Positions 49,701 to 61,700 of a DNA stretch of 64,000 nucleotides are shown here, piece by piece. The stretch spans positions 124,001-188,000 of the forward strand of contig OZ024756.1 of NCBI GenBank assembly GCA_964016885.1. The letters are read 5' to 3'. The DNA is from Eledone cirrhosa. Its lineage: Eukaryota. Position 1 is the stretch's first letter; each line of letters begins with the position of its first letter. Below the pieces are notes generated by a model that had not been told where the DNA came from, ran no database searches, and was given only the letters and a program-made list of their open reading frames with translations. Made by a program: the position numbers and the translations under genes.

Positions 49701-52700
49701 GTTGGTGTTATTGTTGTTGGTGGTGGAGGTAGTGTTGGTGTTACTGTTGTTGGTGGTGGTGGAGGTAGTGTTGGTGTTACTGTTGTTGTTGGTGGTGGTA
49801 GTGTTGGTGTTACTGTTGTTGTTGGTGGTGGTAGTGTTGGTGTTACTGTTGTTGGTGGTGGAGGTAGTGTTGGTGTTACTGTTGTTGTTGGTGGAGGTAG
49901 TGTTGGTGTTACTGTTGTTGGTGGTGGTGGAGGTAGTGTTGGTGTTACTGTTGTTGTTGGTGGTGGTAGTGTTGGTGTTACTGTTGTTGTTGGTGGTGGT
50001 AGTGTTGGTGTTATTGTTGTTGGTGGTGGAGGTAGTGTTGGTGTTACTGTTGTTGGTGGTGGTGGAGGTAGTGTTGGTGTTACTGTTGTTGTTGGTGGTG
50101 GTAGTGTTGGTGTTACTGTTGTTGTTGGTGGTGGTAGTGTTGGTGTTATTGTTGTTGGTGGTGGAGGTAGTGTTGGTGTTACTGTTGTTGTTGGTGGTGG
50201 TAGTGTTGGTGTTACTGTTGTTGTTGGTGGTGGTAGTGTTGGTGTTATTGTTGTTGGTGGTGGAGGTAGTGTTGGTGTTACTGTTGTTGGTGGTGGTGGA
50301 GGTAGTGTTGGTGTTACTGTTGTTGTTGGTGGAGGTAGTGTTGGTGTTACTGTTGTTGGTGGTGGTGGAGGTAGTGTTGGTGTTACTGTTGTTGTTGGTG
50401 GTGGTAGTGTTGGTGTTACTGTTGTTGGTGGTGGTGGTAGTGTTGGTGTTACTGTTGTTGGTGGAGGTAGTGTTGGTGTTACTGTTGTTGTTGGTGGTGG
50501 TAGTGTTGGTGTTACTGTTGTTGGTGGTGGTGGTAGTGTTGGTGTTACTGTTGTTGGTGGTGGTGGAGGTAGTGTTGGTGTTACTGTTGTTGTTGGTGGT
50601 GGTAGTGTTGGTGTTATTGTTGTTGGTGGTGGAGGTAGTGTTGGTGTTACTGTTGTTGGTGGTGGTGGAGGTAGTGTTGGTGTTACTGTTGTTGTTGGTG
50701 GTGGTAGTGTTGGTGTTACTGTTGTTGTTGGTGGTGGTAGTGTTGGTGTTACTGTTGTTGTTGGTGGTGGTAGTGTTGGTGTTATTGTTGTTGGTGGTGG
50801 AGGTAGTGTTGGTGTTACTGTTGTTGGTGGTGGTGGAGGTAGTGTTGGTGTTACTGTTGTTGTTGGTGGTGGTAGTGTTGGTGTTACTGTTGTTGTTGGT
50901 GGTGGTAGTGTTGGTGTTACTGTTGTTGTTGGTGGTGGTAGTGTTGGTGTTACTGTTGTTGTTGGTGGAGGTAGTGTTGGTGTTACTGTTGTTGTTGCTG
51001 GTGGTAGTGTTGGTGTTACTGTTGTTGTTGGTGGTGGTAGTGTTGGTGGTGGTAGTGTTGGTGTTACTGTTGTTGTTGGTGGTGGTAGTGTTGGTGTTAC
51101 TGTTGTTGTTGGTGGTGGTAGTGTTGGTGTTACTGTTGTTGTTGGTGGTGGTAGTGTTGGTGTTACTGTTGTTGTTGGTGGTGGTAGTGTTGGTGTTACT
51201 GTTGTTGTTGGTGGTGGTAGTGTTGGTGTTACTGTTGTTGTTGGTGGTGGTAGTGTTGGTGTTACTGTTGTTGTTGGTGGTGGTAGTGTTGGTGTTATTG
51301 TTGTTGGTGGTGGAGGTAGTGTTGGTGTTACTGTTGTTGGTGGTGGTGGAGGTAGTGTTGGTGTTACTGTTGTTGTTGGTGGTGGTAGTGTTGGTGTTAC
51401 TGTTGTTGTTGGTGGTGGTAGTGTTGGTGTTATTGTTGTTGGTGGTGGAGGTAGTGTTGGTGTTACTGTTGTTGGTGGTGGTGGAGGTAGTGTTGGTGTT
51501 ACTGTTGTTGTTGGTGGTGGTAGTGTTGGTGTTACTGTTGTTGTTGGTGGTGGTAGTGTTGGTGTTATTGTTGTTGGTGGTGGAGGTAGTGTTGGTGTTA
51601 CTGTTGTTGGTGGTGGTGGAGGTAGTGTTGGTGTTACTGTTGTTGTTGGTGGTGGTAGTGTTGGTGTTACTGTTGTTGTTGGTGGTGGTAGTGTTGGTGT
51701 TACTGTTGTTGTTGGTGGTGGTAGTGTTGGTGTTATTGTTGTTGGTGGTGGTGGAGGTAGTGTTGGTGTTACTGTTGTTGTTGGTGGTGGTAGTGTTGGT
51801 GTTACTGTTGTTGTTGGTGGTGGTAGTGTTGGTGTTACTGTTGTTGTTGGTGGTGGTAGTGTTGGTGTTACTGTTGTTGTTGGTGGTGGTGGTAGTGTTG
51901 GTGTTACTGTTGTTGTTGGTGGTGGTAGTGTTGGTGTTATTGTTGTTGGTGGTGGAGGTAGTGTTGGTGTTACTGTTGTTGGTGGGACTGTTGGTGTTAC
52001 TGTCGTTGTTGGTGGTGGTAGTGTTGGTGTTACTGTTGTTGGTGGTGGTAGTGTTGGTGTTACTGTTGTTGGTGGTGGTGGTAGTGTTGGTGTTACTGTT
52101 TTTGTTGGTGGTGGTAGTGTTGGTGTTACTGTTGTTGGTGGTGGTAGTGTTGGTGTTACTGTTGTTGGTGGGAGTGTTGGTGTTACTGATGTTGGTGGTG
52201 GTGGTAGTGTTGGTGTTACTGTTGTTGTTGGTGGTGGGAGTGTTGGTGTTACTGTTATTGTTGGTGGTGGTAGTGTTGGTGTTACTGTTGTTGGTGGTGG
52301 TAGTGTTGGTGTTACTGTTGTTGGTGGGAGTGTTGGTGTTACTGATGTTGGTGGTGGTGGTAGTGTTGGTGTTACTGTTGTTGTTGGTGGTGGGAGTGTT
52401 GGTGTTACTGTTATTGTTGGTGGTGGTAGTGTTGGTGTTACTGTTGTTGGTGGTGGTAGTGTTGGTGTTACTGTTGTTGGTGGTGGTGGTAGTGTTGGTG
52501 TTACTGTTGTTGGTGGTGGTGGTAGTGTTGGTGTTACTGTCGTTGTTGGTGGTGGTAGTGTTGGTGTTACTGTTGTTGGTGGTGGTGGGAGTGTTGGTGT
52601 TACTGTTGTTGTTGGTGGTGGTAGTGTTGGTGTTACTGTTGTTGGTGGCGGTGGTAGTGTTGGTGTTACTGTTGTTGTTGGTGGTGGTAGTGTTGGTGTT

Positions 52701-55700
52701 ACTGTTGTTGTTGGTGGTGGTAGTGTTGGTGTTACTGTTGTTGTTGGTGGTGGTAGTGTTGGTGTTACTGTTGTTGGTGGTGGTGGTAGTGTTGGTGTTA
52801 CTGTTGTTGGTGGTGGTGGTAGTGTTGGTGTTACTGTTGTTGTTGGTGGTGGGAGTGTTGGTGTTACTGTTATTGTTGGTGGTGGTAGTGTTGGTGTTAC
52901 TGTTGTTGGTGGTGGTGGTAGTGTTGGTGTTACTGTTGTTGGTGGTGGTGGGAGTGTTGGTGTTACTGTTATTGTTGGTGGTGGGAGTGTTGGTGTTACT
53001 GTTATTGTTGGTGGTGGTAGTGTTGGTGTTACTGTTATTGTTGGTGGTGGTAGTGTTGGTGTTACTGTTGTTGGTGGTGGTGGTAGTGTTGGTGTTACTG
53101 TTTTTGTTGGTGGAGGTAGTGTTGGTGTTACTGTTGTTGGTGGTGGTGGGAGTGTTGGTGTTACTGTTTTTGTTGGTGGAGGTAGTGTTGGTGTTACTGT
53201 TTTTGTTGGTGGAGGTAGTGTTGGTGTTACTGTTGTTGTTGGTGGAGGTAGTGTTGGTGTTACTGTTGTCGTTGGTGGTGGTAGTGTTGGTGTTACTGTT
53301 TTTGTTGGTGGAGGTAGTGTTGGTGTTACTGTTGTTGGTGGTGGTGGGAGTGTTGGTGTTACTGTTGTTGTTGGTGGAGGTAGTGTTGGTGTTACTGTTG
53401 TTGGTGGTGGTGGTAGTGTTGGTGTTACTGTTGTTGTTGGTGGAGGTAGTGTTGGTGTTACTGTTGTTGGTGGTGGTGGTAGTGTTGGTGTTACTGTTTT
53501 TGTTGGTGGTGGTAGTGTTGGTGTTACTGTTGTTGGTGGTGGTGGTGGTAGTGTTGGTGTTACTGTTGTTGGTGGTGGTGGGAGTGTTGGTGTTACTGTT
53601 GTTGTTGGTGGAGGTAGTGTTGGTGTTACTGTTGTTGGTGGTGGTGGTAGTGTTGGTGTTACTGTTGTTGGTGGTGGTGGGAGTGTTGGTGTTACTGTTG
53701 TTGTTGGTGGAGGTAGTGTTGGTGTTACTGTTGTTGGTGGTGGTGGTAGTAGTGTTGGTGTTACTGTTGTTGGTGGTGGTGGGAGTGTTGGTGTTACTGT
53801 TGTTGTTGGTGGAGGTAGTGTTGGTGTTACTGTTGTTGGTGGTGGTGGTAGTGTTGGTGTTACTGTTGTTGGTGGTGGTGGTAGTGTTGGTGTTACTGTT
53901 GTTGTTGGTGGTGGTAGTGTTGGTGTTACTGTTGTTGTTGGTGGTGGTAGTGTTGGTGTTACTGTTTTTGTTGGTGGTGGTAGTGTTGGTGTTACTGTTG
54001 TTGTTGGTGGTGGTAGTGTTGGTGTTACTGTTGTTGGTGGTGGTGGTAGTGTTGGTGTTACTGTTGTTGTTGGTGGTGGTAGTGTTGGTGTTACTGTTGT
54101 TGTTGGTGGTGGTAGTGTTGGTGTTACTGTTGTTGTTGGTGGTGGGAGTGTTGGTGTTACTGTTGTTGTTGGTGGAGGTAGTGTTGGTGTTACTGTGTTG
54201 TTGGTGGAGGTAGTGTTGGTGTTACTGTTGTTGGTGGTGGTGGTAGTGTTGGTGTTACTGTTGTTGTTGGTGGTGGTAGTGTTGGTGTTACTGTTGTTGG
54301 TGGTGGTGGTAGTGTTGGTGTTACTGTTGTTGGTGGGAGTGTTGGTGTTACTGTTGTTGTTGGTGGAGGTAGTGTTGGTGTTACTGTTGTTGGTGGTGGT
54401 GGTAGTGTTGGTGTTACTGTTGTTGTTGGTGGAGGTAGTGTTGGTGTTACTGTTGTTGGTGGTGGTGGTAGTGTTGGTGTTACTGTTGTTGTTGGTGGTG
54501 GTAGTGTTGGTGGGAGTGTTGGTGTTACTGTTGTTGGTGGTGGTGGTAGTGTTGGTGTTACTGTTGTTGGTGGTGGTAGTGTTGGTGTTACTGTTGTTGG
54601 TGGTGGTGGGAGTGTTGGTGTTACTGTTGTTGGTGGTGGTGGTAGTGTTGGTGTTACTGTTGTTGTGGTGGTAGTGTTGGTGTTACTGTTGTTGGTGGTG
54701 GTAGTGTTGGTGTTACTGTTGTTGGTGGTGGTAGTGTTGATGTTACTGTTGTTGTTGGTGGTGGTGGGAGTGTTGGTGTTACTGTTGTTGTTGGTGGTAG
54801 TGTTGGTGTTACTGTTTTTATTGGTGGAGGTAGTGTTGGTGTTACTGTTGTTGGTGGTGGTAGTGTTGGTGTTACTGTTGTTGTTGGTGGTGGTGGTAGT
54901 GTTTGTGTTACTGTTGTTGGTGGTGGTAGTGTTGGTGTTACTGTTGTTGGTGGTGGTGGGAGTGTTGGTGTTACTGTTGTTGGTGGTGGGAGTGTTGGTG
55001 TTACTGTTGTTGGTGGTGGTGGTGTTGGTGTTACTGTTTTTGTTGGTGGAGGTAGTGTTGGTGTTACTGTTGTTGTTGGTGGTGGTGGGAGTGTTGGTGT
55101 TACTGTTGTTGGTGGTGGTAGTGTTGGTGTTACTGTTTTTGTTGGTGGAGGTAGTGTTGGTGTTACTGTTGTTGTTGGTGGTGGTAGTGTTGGTGTTACT
55201 GTTGGTGGTGGTGGTGGTAGTGTTGGTGTTACTGTTGTTGTTGGTGGTGGTAGTGTTGATGTTACTGTTGTTGTTGGTGGTGGTGGGAGTGTTGGTGTTA
55301 CTGTTGTTGGTGGTGGTAGTGTTCGTGTTACTGTTGTTGTTGGTGGTGGTGGTAGTGTTTGTGTTACTGTTGTTGGTGGTGGTAGTGTTGGTGTTACTGT
55401 TTTTGTTGGTGGAGGTAGTGTTGGTGTTACTGTTGTTGGTGGTGGTGGTAGTGTTGGTGTTACTGTTGTTGGTGGTGGTGGTAGTGTTGGTGTTATTGTT
55501 GTTGGTGGAGGTAGTGTTGGTGTTACTGTTGGTGGTGGTGGTGGTAGTGTTGGTGTTACTGTTGTTGTTGGTGATGGTAGTGTTGGTGTTACTGTTGTTG
55601 GTGGTGGTGGTAGTGTTGGTGTTATTGTTGTTGGTGGAGGTAGTGTTGGTGTTACTGTTGGTGGTGGTGGTGGTAGTGTTGGTGTTACTGTTGTTGGTGG

Positions 55701-58700
55701 TGGTGGTAGTGTTGGTGTTACTGTTGTTGTTGGTGGAGGTAGTGTTGGTGTTACTGTTTTTGTTGGTGGAGGTAGTGTTGGTGTTACTGTTGTTGTTGGT
55801 GGAGGTAGTGTTGGTGTTACTGTTGGTGGTGGTGGTGGTAGTGTTGGTGTTACTGTTGTTGGTGGTGGTAGTGTTGGTGTTACTGTTGTTGGTGGTGGTG
55901 GGAGTGTTGGTGTTACTGATGTTGGTGGTGGTGGTAGTGTTGGTGTTATTGTTGTTGTTGGTGGAGGTAGTGTTGGTGTTACTGTTGTTGGTGGTGGTGG
56001 TAGTGTTGGTGTTACTGTTGTTGGTGGTGGTGGTAGTGTTGGTGTTACTGTTGTTGGTGGTGGTGGTAGTGTTGGTGTTACTGTTGTTGGTGGTGGTGGT
56101 AGTGTTGGTGTTACTGTTGTTGTTGGTGGTGGTAGTGTTGGTGTTATTGTTGTTGTTGGTGGTGGTAGTGTTGGTGTTACTGTTGTTGTTGGTGGAGGTA
56201 GTGTTGGTGTTACTGTTGGTGGTGGTGGTGGTAGTGTTGGTGTTACTGTTGTTGTTGGTGGTGGTAGTGTTGGTGTTACTGTTGTTGTTGGTGGTGGTGG
56301 TAGTGTTGGTGTTATTGTTGTGGTGGTGGAGGTAGTGTTGGTGTTACTGTTGTTGTTGGTGGTGGTAGTGTTGGTGTTACTGTTGTTGTTGGTGGTGGTA
56401 GTGTTGGTGTTACTGTTGTTGTTGGTGGTGGTAGTGTTGGTGTTACTGTTGTTGTTGGTGGTGGTGGTAGTGTTGGTGTTACTGTTGTTGTTGGTGGTGG
56501 TAGTGTTGGTGTTATTGTTGTTGGTGGTGGAGGTAGTGTTGGTGTTACTGTTGTTGTTGGTGGTGGTAGTGTTGGTGTTACTGTTGTTGTTGGTGGTGGT
56601 GGTAGTGTTGGTGTTACTGTTGTTGTTGCTGGTGGAGGTAGTGTTGGTGTTACTGTTGTTGTTGGTGGAGGTAGTGTTGGTGTTACTGTTGGTGGTGGTG
56701 GTGGTAGTGTTGGTGTTACTGTTGTTGTTGTGGTGGTGGTAGTGTTGGTGTTACTGTTGTTGTTGTTGGTGGTGGTAGTGTTGGTGTTATTGTTGTTGGT
56801 GGTGGTGGTAGTGTTGGTGTTACTGTTGTTGGTGGTGGTGGTAGTGTTGGTGTTATGTTGTTGGTGGTGGTGGTAGTGTTGGTGTTATTGTTGTTGGTGG
56901 TGGAGGTAGTGTTGGTGTTACTGTTGTTGGTGGTGGTGGAGGTAGTGTTGGTGTTACTGTTGTTGTTGGTGGTGGTAGTGTTGGTGTTATTGTTGTTGTT
57001 GGTGGTGGTAGTGTTGGTGTTACTGTTGTTGTTGGTGGTGGTGGTAGTGTTGGTGTTACTGTTGTTGTTGTTGGTGGTGTAGTGTTGGTGTTACTGTTGT
57101 TGTTGGTGGTGGTGTAGTGTTGGTGTTACTGTTGTTGTTGTTGGTGGTAGTGTTGGTGTTACTGTTGTTGGTGGTGGAGGTAGTGTTGGTAGTGTTGGTG
57201 TTACTGTTGTTGTTGGTGGAGGTAGTGTTGGTGTTACTGTTGTTGGTGGTGGTGGAGGTAGTGTTGGTGTTACTGTTGTTGTTGGTGGTGGTAGTGTTGG
57301 TGTTACTGTTGTTGTTGGTGGTGGTAGTGTTGGTGTTATTGTTGTTGGTGGTGGAGGTAGTGTTGGTGTTACTGTTGTTGGTGGTGGTGGAGGTAGTGTT
57401 GGTGTTACTGTTGTTGTTGGTGGTGGTAGTGTTGGTGTTACTGTTGTTGTTGGTGGTGGTAGTGTTGGTGTTACTGTTGTTGGTGGTGGAGGTAGTGTTG
57501 GTGTTACTGTTGTTGTTGGTGGAGGTAGTGTTGGTGTTACTGTTGTTGGTGGTGGTGGAGGTAGTGTTGGTGTTACTGTTGTTGTTGGTGGTGGTAGTCT
57601 TGGTGTTACTGTTGTTGTTGGTGGTGGTAGTGTTGGTGTTATTGTTGTTGGTGGTGGAGGTAGTGTTGGTGTTACTGTTGTTGGTGGTGGTGGAGGTAGT
57701 GTTGGTGTTACTGTTGTTGTTGGTGGTGGTAGTGTTGGTGTTACTGTTGTTGTTGGTGGTGGTAGTGTTGGTGTTATTGTTGTTGGTGGTGGAGGTAGTG
57801 TTGGTGTTACTGTTGTTGTTGGTGGTGGTAGTGTTGGTGTTACTGTTGTTGTTGGTGGTGGTAGTGTTGGTGTTATTGTTGTTGGTGGTGGAGGTAGTGT
57901 TGGTGTTACTGTTGTTGGTGGTGGTGGAGGTAGTGTTGGTGTTACTGTTGTTGTTGGTGGAGGTAGTGTTGGTGTTACTGTTGTTGGTGGTGGTGGAGGT
58001 AGTGTTGGTGTTACTGTTGTTGTTGGTGGTGGTAGTGTTGGTGTTACTGTTGTTGGTGGTGGTGGTAGTGTTGGTGTTACTGTTGTTGGTGGTGGTGGAG
58101 GTAGTGTTGGTGTTACTGTTGTTGTTGGTGGTGGTAGTGTTGGTGTTACTGTTGTTGGTGGTGGTGGTAGTGTTGGTGTTACTGTTGTTGGTGGTGGTGG
58201 AGGTAGTGTTGGTGTTACTGTTGTTGTTGGTGGTGGTAGTGTTGGTGTTATTGTTGTTGGTGGTGGAGGTAGTGTTGGTGTTACTGTTGTTGGTGGTGGT
58301 GGAGGTAGTGTTGGTGTTACTGTTGTTGTTGGTGGTGGTAGTGTTGGTGTTACTGTTGTTGTTGGTGGTGGTAGTGTTGGTGTTACTGTTGTTGTTGGTG
58401 GTGGTAGTGTTGGTGTTATTGTTGTTGGTGGTGGAGGTAGTGTTGGTGTTACTGTTGTTGGTGGTGGTGGAGGTAGTGTTGGTGTTACTGTTGTTGTTGG
58501 TGGTGGTAGTGTTGGTGTTACTGTTGTTGTTGGTGGTGGTAGTGTTGGTGTTACTGTTGTTGTTGGTGGTGGTAGTGTTGGTGTTACTGTTGTTGTTGGT
58601 GGAGGTAGTGTTGGTGTTACTGTTGTTGTTGCTGGTGGTAGTGTTGGTGTTACTGTTGTTGTTGGTGGTGGTAGTGTTGGTGGTGGTAGTGTTGGTGTTA

Positions 58701-61700
58701 CTGTTGTTGTTGGTGGTGGTAGTGTTGGTGTTACTGTTGTTGTTGGTGGTGGTAGTGTTGGTGTTACTGTTGTTGTTGGTGGTGGTAGTGTTGGTGTTAC
58801 TGTTGTTGTTGGTGGTGGTAGTGTTGGTGTTACTGTTGTTGTTGGTGGTGGTAGTGTTGGTGTTACTGTTGTTGTTGGTGGTGGTAGTGTTGGTGTTATT
58901 GTTGTTGGTGGTGGAGGTAGTGTTGGTGTTACTGTTGTTGGTGGTGGTGGAGGTAGTGTTGGTGTTACTGTTGTTGTTGGTGGTGGTAGTGTTGGTGTTA
59001 CTGTTGTTGTTGGTGGTGGTAGTGTTGGTGTTATTGTTGTTGGTGGTGGAGGTAGTGTTGGTGTTACTGTTGTTGGTGGTGGTGGAGGTAGTGTTGGTGT
59101 TACTGTTGTTGTTGGTGGTGGTAGTGTTGGTGTTACTGTTGTTGTTGGTGGTGGTAGTGTTGGTGTTATTGTTGTTGGTGGTGGAGGTAGTGTTGGTGTT
59201 ACTGTTGTTGGTGGTGGTGGAGGTAGTGTTGGTGTTACTGTTGTTGTTGGTGGTGGTAGTGTTGGTGTTACTGTTGTTGTTGGTGGTGGTAGTGTTGGTG
59301 TTACTGTTGTTGTTGGTGGTGGTAGTGTTGGTGTTACTGTTGTTGTTGGTGGTGGTAGTGTTGGTGTTATTGTTGTTGGTGGTGGTGGAGGTAGTGTTGG
59401 TGCTACTGTTGTTGTTGGTGGTGGTAGTGTTGGTGTTACTGTTGTTGTTGGTGGTGGTAGTGTTGGTGTTACTGTTGTTGTTGGTGGAGGTAGTGTTGGT
59501 GTTACTGTTGTTGGTGGTGGTGGAGGTAGTGTTGGTGTTACTGTTGTTGTTGGTGGTGGTAGTGTTGGTGTTACTGTTGTTGTTGGTGGTGGTAGTGTTG
59601 GTGTTATTGTTGTTGGTGGTGGAGGTAGTGTTGGTGTTACTGTTGTTGTTGGTGGTGGTAGTGTTGGTGTTACTGTTGTTGTTGGTGGTGGTAGTGTTGG
59701 TGTTATTGTTGTTGGTGGTGGAGGTAGTGTTGGTGTTACTGTTGTTGGTGGTGGTGGAGGTAGTGTTGGTGTTACTGTTGTTGTTGGTGGAGGTAGTGTT
59801 GGTGTTACTGTTGTTGGTGGTGGTGGAGGTAGTGTTGGTGTTACTGTTGTTGTTGGTGGTGGTAGTGTTGGTGTTACTGTTGTTGGTGGTGGTGGTAGTG
59901 TTGGTGTTACTGTTGTTGGTGGAGGTAGTGTTGGTGTTACTGTTGTTGTTGGTGGTGGTAGTGTTGGTGTTACTGTTGTTGGTGGTGGTGGTAGTGTTGG
60001 TGTTACTGTTGTTGGTGGTGGTGGAGGTAGTGTTGGTGTTACTGTTGTTGTTGGTGGTGGTAGTGTTGGTGTTATTGTTGTTGGTGGTGGAGGTAGTGTT
60101 GGTGTTACTGTTGTTGGTGGTGGTGGAGGTAGTGTTGGTGTTACTGTTGTTGTTGGTGGTGGTAGTGTTGGTGTTACTGTTGTTGTTGGTGGTGGTAGTG
60201 TTGGTGTTACTGTTGTTGTTGGTGGTGGTAGTGTTGGTGTTATTGTTGTTGGTGGTGGAGGTAGTGTTGGTGTTACTGTTGTTGGTGGTGGTGGAGGTAG
60301 TGTTGGTGTTACTGTTGTTGTTGGTGGTGGTAGTGTTGGTGTTACTGTTGTTGTTGGTGGTGGTAGTGTTGGTGTTACTGTTGTTGTTGGTGGTGGTAGT
60401 GTTGGTGTTACTGTTGTTGTTGGTGGAGGTAGTGTTGGTGTTACTGTTGTTGTTGCTGGTGGTAGTGTTGGTGTTACTGTTGTTGTTGGTGGTGGTAGTG
60501 TTGGTGGTGGTAGTGTTGGTGTTACTGTTGTTGTTGGTGGTGGTAGTGTTGGTGTTACTGTTGTTGTTGGTGGTGGTAGTGTTGGTGTTACTGTTGTTGT
60601 TGGTGGTGGTAGTGTTGGTGTTACTGTTGTTGTTGGTGGTGGTAGTGTTGGTGTTACTGTTGTTGTTGGTGGTGGTAGTGTTGGTGTTACTGTTGTTGTT
60701 GGTGGTGGTAGTGTTGGTGTTACTGTTGTTGTTGGTGGTGGTAGTGTTGGTGTTATTGTTGTTGGTGGTGGAGGTAGTGTTGGTGTTACTGTTGTTGGTG
60801 GTGGTGGAGGTAGTGTTGGTGTTACTGTTGTTGTTGGTGGTGGTAGTGTTGGTGTTACTGTTGTTGTTGGTGGTGGTAGTGTTGGTGTTATTGTTGTTGG
60901 TGGTGGAGGTAGTGTTGGTGTTACTGTTGTTGGTGGTGGTGGAGGTAGTGTTGGTGTTACTGTTGTTGTTGGTGGTGGTAGTGTTGGTGTTACTGTTGTT
61001 GTTGGTGGTGGTAGTGTTGGTGTTATTGTTGTTGGTGGTGGAGGTAGTGTTGGTGTTACTGTTGTTGGTGGTGGTGGAGGTAGTGTTGGTGTTACTGTTG
61101 TTGTTGGTGGTGGTAGTGTTGGTGTTACTGTTGTTGTTGGTGGTGGTAGTGTTGGTGTTACTGTTGTTGTTGGTGGTGGTAGTGTTGGTGTTATTGTTGT
61201 TGGTGGTGGTGGAGGTAGTGTTGGTGTTACTGTTGTTGTTGGTGGTGGTAGTGTTGGTGTTACTGTTGTTGTTGGTGGTGGTAGTGTTGGTGTTACTGTT
61301 GTTGTTGGTGGTGGTAGTGTTGGTGTTACTGTTGTTGTTGGTGGTGGTGGTAGTGTTGGTGTTACTGTTGTTGTTGGTGGTGGTAGTGTTGGTGTTATTG
61401 TTGTTGGTGGTGGAGGTAGTGTTGGTGTTACTGTTGTTGGTGGGACTGTTGGTGTTACTGTCGTTGTTGGTGGTGGTAGTGTTGGTGTTACTGTTGTTGG
61501 TGGTGGTAGTGTTGGTGTTACTGTTGTTGGTGGTGGTGGTAGTGTTGGTGTTACTGTTTTTGTTGGTGGTGGTAGTGTTGGTGTTACTGTTGTTGGTGGT
61601 GGTAGTGTTGGTGTTACTGTTGTTGGTGGGAGTGTTGGTGTTACTGATGTTGGTGGTGGTGGTAGTGTTGGTGTTACTGTTGTTGTTGGTGGTGGGAGTG